A DNA stretch of 64,000 nucleotides, taken from Longimicrobiales bacterium. Lineage in GTDB: Bacteria > Gemmatimonadota > Gemmatimonadetes > Longimicrobiales > Gaopeijiaceae. Position 1 is the first letter of the stretch, and the number at the start of each line of letters is the position of its first letter. The notes below the pieces were generated by a model. It was not told the DNA's origin. It was given only the letters and a program-made list of their open reading frames with translations, and did no database searches. Position numbers and translations under genes: made by a program. Shown here in pieces: positions 62,015 through 64,000 of the stretch. Location: positions 1,054,001 through 1,118,000 of the forward strand of contig OY730414.1 in NCBI GenBank assembly GCA_963422615.1, in the 5' to 3' direction.

Positions 62015-63408
62015 AGTTCGGAGAGGCAGGGCGAACGCCTTTTCCAACATGCCGGGCCCGGGGATCCGCCCCCTCCGATCCGCTCCGGTCCCACATCGTC
62101 CCACCGGGTGGGCCGTCGACGGTCCGGATCACGCTGGCGGTGCTCGCGTCGCTCGCTGGATCGCCGGCTGCTCTGTTCAGCCAGAGCCCAGGGGCGAACG
62201 GAGACCGACCCAGCGTGTTCTTCGACTGCGCGGGGCGAAGCTGCAACTTCAACTATTACCGGACCGAGATTCCGTGGGTGAACTGGGTTCGCCAGCCCGA
62301 GGATGCGGATGTTCACCTCATCATGACCAGCCAGGCTACGGGGGCGGGGGGACGGGAGTATCAGCTGGACTTCATCGGCACCGGGGATTCTGAGTACGAG
62401 GACCAGCTCCGCTATCGGGCGCCGCTCACGGGCACGGATCGGGAAGCCCTGGATGGAATCGCCCATACCCTCTCCCTCGGCCTGCTCTACTTCGCCAGCG
62501 CGAGCGGCTTTGAGCAATTCGCCGAGATCGTGGAAGTCGCCCGGGACGGGATCGATCCGGGGGCGCGGGTCGTCACCGGAACCGAGGTCGAAGATCCTTG
62601 GGACTTCTGGGTCTTCAGCCTGAACGGGGGTGCCGAGGTCGAAGGGGAGCAGACTCGCCGCACCCAGCGGGTTGACGGCAGCTTCAACGCGTCCCGCGTG
62701 ACCCCCACCTGGAGACTGGGCTTCCGCGGAAACATGAACTTCAACCGGCGGGAGGTCGATCTGACCGAGGGCGAATTCGTGGACCAAAGGACCGACTGGG
62801 GCGTGAGGCAGATCGTCGTCTACGCCGTTGCCGACCACTGGTCGATTGGGATGCAGGGTGAAGTCAGCAAAGCGACTCGATTCAACCAGCAATTCCGGAC
62901 GGAGCTCACGCCGGCGGTGGAGTACAGCGTCTTCCCCTACGAACAGGCGACCCGGCGGGCGTTGACGGCCTTCTACAAGGTCGGCCCTGCCCACCGACGC
63001 TACATTGAGCCAACCGTATTCGGAGAAACCGCGGAGACTCGCTGGGAGCATGCCGCCGAGGTTGAGCTCTCGCAGCGTCAGCGGTGGGGGGATGCCTCGA
63101 TTCGGCTGCTGGGCTCCCATTTTCTCCACGACACGGACCTTTACAGCGTGGCCCTGAGGGGATACCTGGACGTTCGAATCGCGCGGGGCTTGAGCCTTGG
63201 CGCTGGGGGGAATATTTCTTGGGTGAGCGATCAAATTTACCTCTCGGCCGAGGGTGCCACCGACGCCGAGGCCCTCCTCAACCTCCAGCAGCGCAGCCAG
63301 GACTTCAACTACGAGATCGAGGTCGGATTCTCATTTCAGTTCGGTTCGGTCTACAACAACGTGGTCAACAACCGGTTCGACGGAGGCCGCGGCTTCTACG
63401 GGTTCTAG
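62011..63408 (+). CDS. Hypothetical outer-membrane beta-barrel protein
   Basis: Signal-like hydrophobic stretch, alpha/beta N-domain (VFFDC...C), alternating aromatic strands, terminal Phe; ATGA overlap with the plug gene. Confidence 0.7.
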   Translation: MKFGEAGRTPFPTCRARGSAPSDPLRSHIVPPGGPSTVRITLAVLASLAGSPAALFSQSPGANGDRPSVFFDCAGRSCNFNYYRTEIPWVNWVRQPEDADVHLIMTSQATGAGGREYQLDFIGTGDSEYEDQLRYRAPLTGTDREALDGIAHTLSLGLLYFASASGFEQFAEIVEVARDGIDPGARVVTGTEVEDPWDFWVFSLNGGAEVEGEQTRRTQRVDGSFNASRVTPTWRLGFRGNMNFNRREVDLTEGEFVDQRTDWGVRQIVVYAVADHWSIGMQGEVSKATRFNQQFRTELTPAVEYSVFPYEQATRRALTAFYKVGPAHRRYIEPTVFGETAETRWEHAAEVELSQRQRWGDASIRLLGSHFLHDTDLYSVALRGYLDVRIARGLSLGAGGNISWVSDQIYLSAEGATDAEALLNLQQRSQDFNYEIEVGFSFQFGSVYNNVVNNRFDGGRGFYGF

Positions 63409-63432
63409 TCGGATCTAGTCGGAGACAAACAC

Positions 63433-64000
63433 ATGAGAAGAACGTACTTTCACGATCAGCTGGCGAAGCTCGCAACCGTCCTGGCGGCCTTCTCGGTGCT
63501 GGTTGCGGCGGATTCCGTCTGGGCGCAGACCCCTGAGCCCCGGACGACGCGCGCACCGATGGTGTTCACGGTCTTTCCTTTTGCCGGGATGTCCGCCAAC
63601 AAGAGGGACGACCGCCTCCCGCTCTCCCCGATGGTCGGCGTCAGGGTGTCCGTCGATCTGTGGAGCCAGGTCACGCCCACCCGCCGGATCGGGACCTTCG
63701 TGGGCCTTACCGGCTCCGTGCTCACGGTCAGTGAACAGCGGGTTTGTCGGCCCAACTCCTGCCAGGGCGCGACCGATTTTCTCGTGGACTACCTGGCGAC
63801 CGCCGATGTCGGCCTCAAGGTTGACGGCCCGGGCCAGCCTTATGCGTTGGTCTTCTTGGGCCGGGCGTACCCTTCCGTTTCCCGCGACTTCGACCCGGTG
63901 ACCCAGCGGTATGGCCAAACCTTGTCGATGACATGGGGAGCCGGAGGCGGCGCGTCCCTCTCCGTCGGAGGGATGTCGATTCAGATCGAAGGACGTTTCC
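63433..64000 (+). CDS. Hypothetical secreted/outer-membrane beta-rich protein (3' truncated)
   Basis: GGAG SD, MRRTYF...VWAQ signal peptide, open frame to the window end with beta-strand patterning. Confidence 0.65.
   Translation, partial: MRRTYFHDQLAKLATVLAAFSVLVAADSVWAQTPEPRTTRAPMVFTVFPFAGMSANKRDDRLPLSPMVGVRVSVDLWSQVTPTRRIGTFVGLTGSVLTVSEQRVCRPNSCQGATDFLVDYLATADVGLKVDGPGQPYALVFLGRAYPSVSRDFDPVTQRYGQTLSMTWGAGGGASLSVGGMSIQIEGRF

Overview
GC-rich bacterial chromosomal window made mostly of housekeeping genes. The lineage looks Gemmatimonadota-like, inferred from gene order and protein style only. 1-10.1 kb holds the spc/alpha ribosomal cluster (rplN-rplX-rplE-rpsH-rplF-rplR-rpsE-rpmD-rplO-secY-adk-map-rpmJ-rpsM-rpsK-rpsD-rpoA-rplQ), with rpsN (S14) and infA (IF-1) missing from their usual positions. 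It is followed by three nucleotide-sugar enzymes, a TPR lipoprotein, bamD, secA, radC and a GH3 NagZ-like lipoprotein. Next come a shattered, AT-richer remnant of a DUF262 (GmrS-like)/AlbA_2 gene and rel-uvrB-tsaE-tsaB. An hsp20 gene carries a clear sigma-54 promoter, two upstream palindromes and an SD-occluding hairpin. A peptidoglycan-salvage cluster encodes NamZ, a NagZ-AmiE-like fusion, a Na+/solute symporter and a BadF-type kinase. The rest contains metG, an M23 peptidase, two apparently inactive M16-like proteins, FadJ, MocA plus a split XdhC, DsbA-VKOR, a Ser/Thr dehydratase, gyrA with a ~31-aa insertion, a GT2, uvrA, a HisC-like aminotransferase and an ABC exporter. The window ends in an outer-membrane cluster that includes a stand-alone TonB-plug-like lipoprotein coupled to a beta-barrel gene. 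I saw no rRNA, tRNA, CRISPR array or intact mobile element. All family assignments come from motif recognition by eye, not from database searches.
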